DNA of 64,000 nt from Gimesia aquarii (GTDB lineage: Bacteria > Planctomycetota > Planctomycetia > Planctomycetales > Planctomycetaceae): the NCBI RefSeq assembly GCF_007748175.1, contig NZ_CP037422.1, forward strand, positions 968,528 through 1,032,527, read 5' to 3'. Below, in pieces: positions 1-8,295 of this stretch. Position 1 is the first letter of the stretch. Each line of letters opens with the position of its first letter. The notes below the pieces were generated by a model that worked only from the letters and a program-made list of their open reading frames with translations, was not told where the DNA came from and made no database searches. The position numbers were made by a program, and so were the translations under genes.

Positions 1-1398
1 AATTTCAGCAGTTAAACCCGGTTTCAATTTCGTGATATCTGCTCCATTAGGTACAATCTTGATGGAGGCCTTGTATTCTTTGAGGTCGGGCCGCATCCAG
101 TTGGAGGAAATTGGCACAGAAGAGACTTGATCCACCTCACCCAGATAGGTTTGCTCGGGAAAAGCATCAACACGAATATCAACAGGCAATCCTTCTCGAA
201 TCAGGCTAATCTTCGATTCGTGAATTCGAGCATCCACTTTCATCAGACTGAAGTCTGGTAATTGTATGATTGCCTGACGTTCGCGGACTTCTGTCCCTTC
301 TTCAATCACATCTTCACCATTACCGCGACGCCCATTGTCCTGATTGGCATAAACAACCTGGCCATTTTGAGGCGCGATTAATTTACAGGCCTTGATTTGC
401 TCTCGAAACCGTTCCAGTTCACTGCTCTCAACTTCATAGGTCAACTGGCCTGCCTTCAGTTTGGCTTCATACTGAGCTAAGGTGGCAATCCCTTTACGTC
501 GAACGCGTTCCTGATCTCGTTCTTTCTCCTCAACGGCGGCTTTTAACTCTCGTTCTTTCCGTTTTTGTACATAGTCTTTTTCAACCGCTAAATCTTCTTT
601 GGCAATCTCCAGATCAATCTGTGCTTTTACAACATTGATACGGTCTGCTTCCACATCGTTCTGGTTTTTATAACCCTTTTTTGCAATTCTCTTGGAGAAC
701 TCAAACGTTTCTTCCGCACGCTGTAAATCTTCGCGGGCTTTGGTAATCGCCCCTTGTTTGACATTAATGTCACGTTGCGATTCGCCTTTTAGAAACTTTT
801 CCAAGTCAAGATTTGCTAATTCATATGCAAGAAGAGCTGCTGAGTTGTCGCTGTCATTTTGCGTTTTCTGAATGGCCACATTTTCTTCGGCCTGTTTCAA
901 TTCGGCCTCTGCCTGTGTGACCTGAATTTGCTGTTGCTTTTCTTTATCAACCAGTAAGGCAGAATCAAGTTCACAGAGAAGATCGCCTGCTTTGACCATG
1001 GTTCCTTCGGGAACGATACTGATGATCGTCGTATAGCCTTTGACCTTACTGGTCAGCGTGACATTATTCAGACTGTCCAACTGGCCTTTTTCGGTTACCG
1101 TCACGCGGAACGGTCCGCGTGTGACCGTATCGGTAATATAAATCGTATTTTTCTTGCTCCCCGAAGAGAATGAAGAAAACAACGATTGTCGAATGGCAGG
1201 AACCGTCAATATCGCGACACCAGATCCTACGATCGCAAACAAGAGTAACGTTCTGGTTTTAGGGAGCTTGCGACGTTTCTTCGCTTTCAGTGGAGAGGGC
1301 GTTAAGCTCTCCGGCAGGTCGGAAGACAACTTGTCTGATGTCTTCTGCTGCTGTAACTCCGGTTTCAGTTGTCCCTGGGGGGGGTTGGCGGTGCTCAT
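1..1398 (-). CDS. HlyD-family membrane fusion (periplasmic adaptor) protein. Partial: the 3' end runs off the window start. Start assigned at the Met of MSTANPPQG; an alternative Met lies 45 nt upstream.
   Basis: Manual translation of the minus strand gives a short basic cytoplasmic tail (KAKKRRKLPKTR), one TM helix (TLLLFAIVGSGVAILTV), a biotinyl/lipoyl-like hairpin (SIVPEGTMVKAGDLLCELDSA), long Lys/Glu-rich coiled coils, and a C-terminal beta region (GQVVYANQD...IQLPDFSLMKVDARI). This is the architecture of HlyD/EmrA adaptors. Confidence 0.7.
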   Translation of the reverse strand, partial: MSTANPPQGQLKPELQQQKTSDKLSSDLPESLTPSPLKAKKRRKLPKTRTLLLFAIVGSGVAILTVPAIRQSLFSSFSSGSKKNTIYITDTVTRGPFRVTVTEKGQLDSLNNVTLTSKVKGYTTIISIVPEGTMVKAGDLLCELDSALLVDKEKQQQIQVTQAEAELKQAEENVAIQKTQNDSDNSAALLAYELANLDLEKFLKGESQRDINVKQGAITKAREDLQRAEETFEFSKRIAKKGYKNQNDVEADRINVVKAQIDLEIAKEDLAVEKDYVQKRKERELKAAVEEKERDQERVRRKGIATLAQYEAKLKAGQLTYEVESSELERFREQIKACKLIAPQNGQVVYANQDNGRRGNGEDVIEEGTEVRERQAIIQLPDFSLMKVDARIHESKISLIREGLPVDIRVDAFPEQTYLGEVDQVSSVPISSNWMRPDLKEYKASIKIVPNGADITKLKPGLTAEI

Positions 1399-4033
1399 TG
1401 GTGGGCCTGATTCTTCCCGCGCGGTGTTGGTAGAAATCGTCTTTCCAAATTCCATTTTCATCTATCTCCATAATACCCATATCCAGATAGATGTTAAGTC
1501 GGTTTTGCTCATAATTTATCCAGTTGCTGATTAAACTGTTTTGTGCGTCTAATACCGCATTTAACGCGTTTAACAGATTTAGGCCTTGATTACGCCCTGC
1601 TTGGGCAGGATCTGATGTTGCCTCTACTGCACTGTCATACTGTAAAGCGGCTAAACGGATTTGAACCCGCGAAGTCTCGAAATTCTGACGTAACACTGCT
1701 AATTGACGCCAACTTTGGCGAATTTCGAACTTCGTATCGTCTTCCGCAGCCATAAAAGCACGGCGTTCTCGTTGATAATCGATTTGTGACTCGCGATAGG
1801 CGTTTCTTTCCTGAACCAAAGATAATGGAGCTGTAAACTCGACTCCTGCTCGAAAACCTGCCTGACTTCCTCGGAAATCTAACGGCTTGTTTCTCCCGAG
1901 AGGCGTACTAACGTCTCCTTCTACTACGACATTTAACACCGCTTCGAGAGAATTAGACCGGACTTCCATCAACCTGCGAGCATCCATCACCAAACCACGC
2001 TGATTCATCAAATCGAGTCTGTTTGCAAGTCCGATGCGAACCACTTCACCGATATCCATCGTAAATGGTTCCAGGGTAATCAGTTCCACTCGCAGACCGA
2101 TTTCAATGACCTGCATTCCCTGAGAGATTCTGAGCATGTCTTCACGAAGATCTGCCATCTCAAAAATAATTCGCTTTTTTTGCTCATTTGTCAGTTTATC
2201 TTCACTCAGAAAACTCTGTAGGCCATCCAGACGGCGTTCCATGCCCTCCATTGTCTTTCGAACCCCTGAATACAAACGTATATCATTTGTAGAGCTTTGA
2301 CGGACTCGTTCACGATCTTCCTCTGAAAGGAAACGCCGTTGTCGTAAGGCCAACAGTTCTTCTGAAACATTTTCATCATTATCACCCAGCAGGTCTTCTA
2401 TATTTTTTATGTCCTGTTCCAGTGTTTCCAATCCATCAGCACGAAGTTTGGCCAGAAGCTGTTTGAGACCAATGAGAACTTCTTTCAATTCTGCCGTTGT
2501 GGGAGGAACTAAGTCAGGATCTTCCCAGTCCTCCACGTAAACCTTCGCCCACACTTCCACATAGTCATAAATTTCCTGTTCGATGGCTGGTAACAGTGGG
2601 TCAATGAGTTCGAATGGTTTCAGTAACGACTGGTCAATACTCATAGGCATGTTAGGAGGGAGTCCCAAAAAGATTTTGAAATTGCCAAGTGAATCCTGAT
2701 ACTGACGTTCGAATGTTCTCAGGCGATTGATGGATTGCGCTAACCTGGTTTCCAACTGAGCAACATCCAAAGTCACAACTTCTGTTTGAATTCGCTGGAT
2801 CAATTCATTCACAGCCGCCTGATAAGCATTGTCTTCACTTAACGCCAACAATTGTTTCTCATGTGCTTCCGTCATTTCTCCACTCCATGACAGAAGTTGT
2901 GCTTCTTCATCAAAGAGCAGCTTATCAACCAGTTCTGGAGGAAGGATCCAGTTCTCAGGAAGTTTTTCTAACTTTTCGGACTGGACTTTTGGCTTTTGTG
3001 AAGAGAGTGCCCGTAGGATTTCTACCTGACGTTCCAACAACTTAATATTGTTGCGTTCATTTTCGATGACCTGGATTTGTTGCAGCAACTGGAGAAAGCC
3101 AGTCCCTCCAGCAACATTGGCTGTAAAAAACTCTTTTCGGAATCGAGCGAGTGTCCGTGTCTGATACAATACGTTTCGTTCATCCTGTGTCAGATTATTC
3201 AACACCACTTTTCGACCTGCCCCTAACAAGAGAGGCTGTACCAGAGAGTAGGAAAGGAGACTGACAGAGTTGGTTCGATTCGATCCAGAGAATATCCAGA
3301 GTGTATTGTTTGCCAGTTCAACGGCCCATTGGGCTCCACTGGGGAGAACCTGATTCACTCCGATCCGGCTAGCCAGATCGAGTTCCTGAGTTCCATTTGC
3401 CAATCGACGTCGATTGAGTTCTGCCTGGGGATTCTGCCCCCCCACACCGAGATACCGGACATCAAACTGGAATCGGCCAAACGTCAAATCCAAAGCGGCC
3501 AGAAACAAATTTTCAATTTGAAATTGATATTCGCGGCTATTGATGTTGGCAATGTCAATGGTTTCCGCAAGTGTAAGATCATTAAGCGCAGGTAATTCTA
3601 CGCCTTCCAATGCATCGCCAGAAGCGGCAATTTCCGCACTTAACTCGGGACTAATGCCATACTGCACAAGCCAGTCCGGATTCTCAATACTAAGCGCGCG
3701 GCCAAACTTATGCCAGCTTTTGTACCCTTTCTTGCATTGCAACCAATGCATATAGACATTTGCCGCAGGGTCGTCGGGAGGCAGTGGTTCGTGATTAGGA
3801 TCATAAGGATCATAAAAGCGACTGCGTGGATCGGGTTCAATATCATAGCGGGGAACCTGCCAGGCAGGATCATTTGCATTCTCAGCTAAGATTTCATATG
3901 TATCCTGATTGGCTTGGTCGAACCAGAATGTAGGAGAGCAGCCAGAATGAATCACGGCCATTGCTAGGATCAAAGCGGTCGTTAACAGTGGTTTGCGATT
4001 GTTATAAAACAGAAAACGTTTTATGCGCCTCAT
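1259..4033 (-). CDS. TolC-family outer-membrane efflux lipoprotein, unusually long (924 aa), with a ~350-aa coiled-coil insertion between the two TolC repeats.
   Basis: Lipoprotein signal (AMAVIHSGCS). Repeated TolC-like helical segments (SREYQFQIENLFLAALDLTFGRF...; LNALNAVLDAQNSLISNWINYEQNRLNIY). Sits between a MarR gene and an HlyD gene on the same strand. Confidence 0.7.
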   Translation of the reverse strand: MRRIKRFLFYNNRKPLLTTALILAMAVIHSGCSPTFWFDQANQDTYEILAENANDPAWQVPRYDIEPDPRSRFYDPYDPNHEPLPPDDPAANVYMHWLQCKKGYKSWHKFGRALSIENPDWLVQYGISPELSAEIAASGDALEGVELPALNDLTLAETIDIANINSREYQFQIENLFLAALDLTFGRFQFDVRYLGVGGQNPQAELNRRRLANGTQELDLASRIGVNQVLPSGAQWAVELANNTLWIFSGSNRTNSVSLLSYSLVQPLLLGAGRKVVLNNLTQDERNVLYQTRTLARFRKEFFTANVAGGTGFLQLLQQIQVIENERNNIKLLERQVEILRALSSQKPKVQSEKLEKLPENWILPPELVDKLLFDEEAQLLSWSGEMTEAHEKQLLALSEDNAYQAAVNELIQRIQTEVVTLDVAQLETRLAQSINRLRTFERQYQDSLGNFKIFLGLPPNMPMSIDQSLLKPFELIDPLLPAIEQEIYDYVEVWAKVYVEDWEDPDLVPPTTAELKEVLIGLKQLLAKLRADGLETLEQDIKNIEDLLGDNDENVSEELLALRQRRFLSEEDRERVRQSSTNDIRLYSGVRKTMEGMERRLDGLQSFLSEDKLTNEQKKRIIFEMADLREDMLRISQGMQVIEIGLRVELITLEPFTMDIGEVVRIGLANRLDLMNQRGLVMDARRLMEVRSNSLEAVLNVVVEGDVSTPLGRNKPLDFRGSQAGFRAGVEFTAPLSLVQERNAYRESQIDYQRERRAFMAAEDDTKFEIRQSWRQLAVLRQNFETSRVQIRLAALQYDSAVEATSDPAQAGRNQGLNLLNALNAVLDAQNSLISNWINYEQNRLNIYLDMGIMEIDENGIWKDDFYQHRAGRIRPTNEHRQPPPGTTETGVTAAEDIRQVVFRPAGELNALSTESEETSQAP

Positions 4034-4102
4034 GGAAGAGCATCCGTTGCATAAAATAGAAATGAATTCAGGAATGACGAAACCAATATCAAAACAAAAG
4101 AA

Positions 4103-4690
4103 CTAGGCTGCAGGAGCCCCCTGAAATGGATAAGGACCGGAGACATCCAGAATCGTTTTCGCAGTCTCACGATGAGACCGTTGGATATGAGCCGACTTGA
4201 GCAAGGCCTGCAAAATGCCGGTGAGTTGACGTCTTTGATCTGAATTCAATGCTGACAACAAACGCTGTGAAACGGTACCATGATATGCCTTCACTTGTGC
4301 CAGGATACTTTCACCTTCCTCAGTTAAATGCAACACGCGTTTACGGCGATCCTTCTTAGATTGCTGCCGTATCACCAATTTGTCGCTTTCCATACGTTCG
4401 ATCAATGTACAGATATTCGACTCTGACTGCCCCAGTTTTCGTGCCAGTTCTGACTGAGAGCATCCTACTTCACGCACCGCATCAATCACCTTGAGTGACG
4501 CGTAGCGAACTTCATTAATCTCCAATTGAGCAAAGCTATTGTTTAAAGCCGCTCTAACCAAATGAACTGTTCGAATCAGAAGATCAATCTGTTCGACACA
4601 TTCATGATTTTGTAACGATCGCCAATCAATGGGATCCTGGGCCGTTTCTAAATCGGAATTGTGATCCTGTTCCATATACACCAACCTCAA
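4103..4690 (-). CDS. MarR-family transcriptional regulator.
   Basis: Winged-HTH MarR signature (SQSELARKLGQSESNICTLIERMESDKLVIRQQSKKDRRKRVLHLTEEGESIL). First gene of the minus-strand efflux operon. Confidence 0.85.
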   Translation of the reverse strand: MRLVYMEQDHNSDLETAQDPIDWRSLQNHECVEQIDLLIRTVHLVRAALNNSFAQLEINEVRYASLKVIDAVREVGCSQSELARKLGQSESNICTLIERMESDKLVIRQQSKKDRRKRVLHLTEEGESILAQVKAYHGTVSQRLLSALNSDQRRQLTGILQALLKSAHIQRSHRETAKTILDVSGPYPFQGAPAA

Positions 4691-4890
4691 ACTGACTTGA
4701 TAAGAAAAATTTCGTTCTGATCTTGACTTCGCGTAATCTCCGGCCCGATGATTGTCTCTATTAATATTTCGGACATGAAGTATTAGTATCTGAAGGACTT
4801 ATCGGCATAACCCGCAAAGTTTTACATAAGTAAATTTTTATTTTAGGTTGCAATCAAGCTACAAAGAGTGAACAATCACATGAAGTTAGA

Positions 4891-6357
4891 TTGATTCACT
4901 GCTCCCTAAACCCAGTCGTGAGAGAACATTCCATGAAGCAGTTCGCGCTCATTTTGTACAAAACAAAATTTCACCCATTCTTACTATTCCCCCTATTTGT
5001 TATCTGCACATTATCGACTGAAGCTCGTGCCGCCGCAAAACCCAACGTCATCGTGATCTATGCTGACGATTTGGGATATGGTGACTTGGCCTGTTTTGGA
5101 CATCCTACGATTAAAACTCCTCACTTGGATCAGATGGCCGCCGAAGGTATGAAATTTACTCAGTTCTATTCGGCAGCCCCGGTATGTACCCCCAGCCGAG
5201 CCGCTTTATTGACGGGCCGCTATCCGATTCGCTCTGGAATGTGCAGCGATAAACGACGGGTTCTGTTTCCCGATTCCGGCGGCGGACTTCAAGCGAGCGA
5301 AGTGACCTTAGCAGAAGCTTTGAAAGAAACGGGGTACAAGACTGCCTGTGTTGGAAAATGGCACCTGGGTCATCTACCACAGTTTTTACCAACCAGTCAT
5401 GGTTTCGATTCTTATTTCGGTATTCCTTATTCCAACGATATGGACCGAGTGGCAGAGCGAAAACTGAGACGTAAAATTTTTCTCAAACCAAAAGTGGAAT
5501 ACTGGAACGTACCCTTAATGCGTAATCAGGAAGTCATTGAGCGACCGGCAGACCAGACCACGATTACCAAACGCTATACCAAAGAAGCGATCAAATTTAT
5601 TAAAGGAAATCAAAAACAACCTTTCTATCTCTATCTGGCTCATAGCATGCCACATGTCCCGTTATTCCGCTCGAAAGCACTCGAAGATACAAGTCGACGT
5701 GGATTGTATGGTGATGTGATTGAAGAAATTGACTGGAGCGTCGGTCAGATTCTACAAACCCTTAAAGATCAGGGACTTGACCAGAATACAATCGTCTGGT
5801 TTTCCAGTGATAATGGCCCCTGGCTGATCTTCAATGAACAGGGAGGCTCTGCCGGATTATTGCGGGAAGGGAAAGGAAGTACGTGGGAAGGTGGCATGCG
5901 AGAGCCAACACTCGCCTGGTGGCCCGGGCATATCTCCTCTGGTTCCGTAACGCACGAATTAGGTAGTACGATGGATATCTTTACGACTTCGATCCAGCTA
6001 GCCGGTGGTAAGGTCCCTTCCGACCGGGTTGTTGATGGTGTGGATCTATCATCGGTCTTATTGGGAACCGGCGAGAGTCCAAGAAAGGAAATGGCCTTTT
6101 ACCGTGGGACGAAATTGATGGCTTTTCGGAAAGGTCCCTGGAAAGCACATTTCATTACAAAACCAGCCTATGGTAGAGAGCCATTCAAAGAACATCATCC
6201 CCCCGTTTTATATCATCTCGAACATGATCCGTCTGAAAAATATGATGTTGCCAAAGCAAACCCGGAAGTGATCAAATCGATCAAAGCAGCCGCTGAAAAA
6301 CATCAGCAAAGCATCAAACCGGTTCCGTCACAACTGGAGATACCACTCAAAAAATAG
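4891..6357 (+). CDS. Arylsulfatase (type I sulfatase, formylglycine-dependent), secreted. The true start is possibly the MKQFAL Met at 4933.
   Basis: Canonical sulfatase signature CTPSRAALLTGRYPIRSG. N-terminal signal peptide. Metal-binding motifs (DDLGYGD, GKWHLG). Confidence 0.9.
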   Translation: MIHCSLNPVVREHSMKQFALILYKTKFHPFLLFPLFVICTLSTEARAAAKPNVIVIYADDLGYGDLACFGHPTIKTPHLDQMAAEGMKFTQFYSAAPVCTPSRAALLTGRYPIRSGMCSDKRRVLFPDSGGGLQASEVTLAEALKETGYKTACVGKWHLGHLPQFLPTSHGFDSYFGIPYSNDMDRVAERKLRRKIFLKPKVEYWNVPLMRNQEVIERPADQTTITKRYTKEAIKFIKGNQKQPFYLYLAHSMPHVPLFRSKALEDTSRRGLYGDVIEEIDWSVGQILQTLKDQGLDQNTIVWFSSDNGPWLIFNEQGGSAGLLREGKGSTWEGGMREPTLAWWPGHISSGSVTHELGSTMDIFTTSIQLAGGKVPSDRVVDGVDLSSVLLGTGESPRKEMAFYRGTKLMAFRKGPWKAHFITKPAYGREPFKEHHPPVLYHLEHDPSEKYDVAKANPEVIKSIKAAAEKHQQSIKPVPSQLEIPLKK

Positions 6358-6379
6358 TTCAAGGTAAGAAAACCAGATT

Positions 6380-6889
6380 CTACCAATAACAAATATAACG
6401 CAGGCCATCGTGTTCCGTTCCAATACGGAAATGGCTTTCAGCGATAGATTGGTCAAGTTCAAAACGGGTACAAAAATCATTCCAGGCTTCATGGAATTTG
6501 GGCAAGTGTTTCCAATCAAACGCAGGACGTGGTTTTGATAATCGATTGTACGCATCATGGATCAATGCCAACGCGACGGACATCATTTTCTCATCATAGC
6601 AAGGCTGTGACAATATTAACTCAACCGCTTCTGCCGCGTGACTACAATCTTCAAAATCAGGCTCACGCAAACACTGTGATGCCATCCGCTCGGTAAATTT
6701 AAGAAGACTATCAACGCCATTCTGATTGAGCAGGAAGTCAGCTCTCGACTCACTTTGCAATGCAAATTCAATTTTTTGATAGAGTTCTTCGTCTGTCTCG
6801 CAGGGAATGGACATTCTGCCATAACCATCGGGGGCAATAGATTCGATTGCTTTGATCGTATCTACAATTTCGGAATTACTGATATTCAT
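6380..6889 (-). CDS. Hypothetical protein (169 aa), no recognisable domain.
   Basis: Clean ORF with reasonable codon usage. Followed upstream by a 630-bp AT-rich non-coding stretch. No motif recognised. Confidence 0.4.
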   Translation of the reverse strand: MNISNSEIVDTIKAIESIAPDGYGRMSIPCETDEELYQKIEFALQSESRADFLLNQNGVDSLLKFTERMASQCLREPDFEDCSHAAEAVELILSQPCYDEKMMSVALALIHDAYNRLSKPRPAFDWKHLPKFHEAWNDFCTRFELDQSIAESHFRIGTEHDGLRYICYW

Positions 6890-7521
6890 AATGAGTGATC
6901 ACACTATTTGGGTTTGAGATTTTTTCGATGAATGCCAATGAACTACTACTAATTATAGTTAAGACCAGGAAAATAAAACTTCGGAAATGAATAAATAAAG
7001 TTCTCGAACACATATCTGGAAAGCACATAATTATTTGCCTGGTAAAACCCAAACAAAATTGAATCACCAGATCTCGAACTTTAAGTACTGATGGTCACCA
7101 ATTCGTATTGAGGATCATAATTCGCTAACTGGTAGTCCCAAACTTTTACACATTTAAAGCGTCTAAGAAAACCTCTTGTTAAGAAACAGGACACACTCGT
7201 CATCCCAAATATGGTCAAATTTTACAGCAACAGAACACAATTAGAGAACCAACAACATAGATTTCAAAAATGAAAATACAATCATATCAAAAAAATTTAT
7301 GTATCACAAAAAAACGTATATTACTGGCCTGGCACCTCATCAACTTAATTGAATCGCCCTATATATAAAAATATATCTCATTTCATATCATACACTTATG
7401 TCGTAATTGACGTCTCTTAAATGTTTACTTTGATGATCTCTCATATATTCTAAACAAATTTTAAAAATCACCATCAATATATTGACCATCAACTTTTATT
7501 GATTACAATCGATAATCATCG

Positions 7522-8235
7522 ATGATTTCGCGTTCCCAAACAAGGAAAGGCCCAGAAGTGGTAATCACCCAAACGACAAGTTCTGATGGAAAGTCATCTC
7601 GACATCGTGTAAGAAATCAAATCACAGAGATGATTCTGAGCCGAAAACTGAAGCCGGGACAGCGACTCGTTCAAGAAAGACTCGCCAAGGAGTTTTCCGT
7701 TGCACAAGGAGTCGTGCGGGAATCGTTACTGGAACTGAGTTGCTGTGGTCTGGTAGATGCCGTCGACAACCTGGGAGTCTTTGTCAGTGAATTAGACGGT
7801 GCCAAAGTAGTTGAGGCACTCGAAGTTCGCGAAGTCCTCGAAGGTCTTGCTGCGCGTTTGTGTTGCCAACACGCCAGCCGAGAAGATATTAAAAAGCTGG
7901 ATCAATTAGTCACGCGCATTTATCTACTGGGTCAGGAAGGAAAGAACGACGAAGCAGCGCTGCTGGATCGGGAATTCCACCATCGTATCGTTGAAACGGC
8001 GAATAGTGGGACACTTCAAGCAGTCACCACAAGCCATTGGACATTGCAATTGGTGTTGAAAATGAGTTTCGATGTCGAGATTGTTTATAAAGCCCATCGA
8101 TCCATTATTGAGGCCATTGAGAAAAACGCCCCTGACGAAGCAGAACAACTGATGCGCGACCATATTCGATCAGCACGCAATCTGGTTGAACAGCAGATTG
8201 CGGAAGGAAATTTTGTCCCCGAGTGGTTGTGTTAG
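7522..8235 (+). CDS. GntR-family transcriptional regulator (FadR/FCD subfamily).
   Basis: N-terminal GntR HTH (GQRLVQERLAKEFSVAQGVVRESLLELSCCGLVDAV) plus a C-terminal all-helical FCD-like domain. Confidence 0.85.
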   Translation: MISRSQTRKGPEVVITQTTSSDGKSSRHRVRNQITEMILSRKLKPGQRLVQERLAKEFSVAQGVVRESLLELSCCGLVDAVDNLGVFVSELDGAKVVEALEVREVLEGLAARLCCQHASREDIKKLDQLVTRIYLLGQEGKNDEAALLDREFHHRIVETANSGTLQAVTTSHWTLQLVLKMSFDVEIVYKAHRSIIEAIEKNAPDEAEQLMRDHIRSARNLVEQQIAEGNFVPEWLC

Positions 8236-8295
8236 TGAATGCCTTCAATCTTCAGAAACAGAATATCATTTATTTGAACATTAAATTATCAGAGG

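Noticed and set aside
1154-1755. Plus-strand ORFs 1154-1534 and 1543-1755 from the six-frame track
   Set aside because: They lie antisense within the HlyD and TolC-like minus-strand genes, have no motifs and are of low complexity. They are shadow ORFs.
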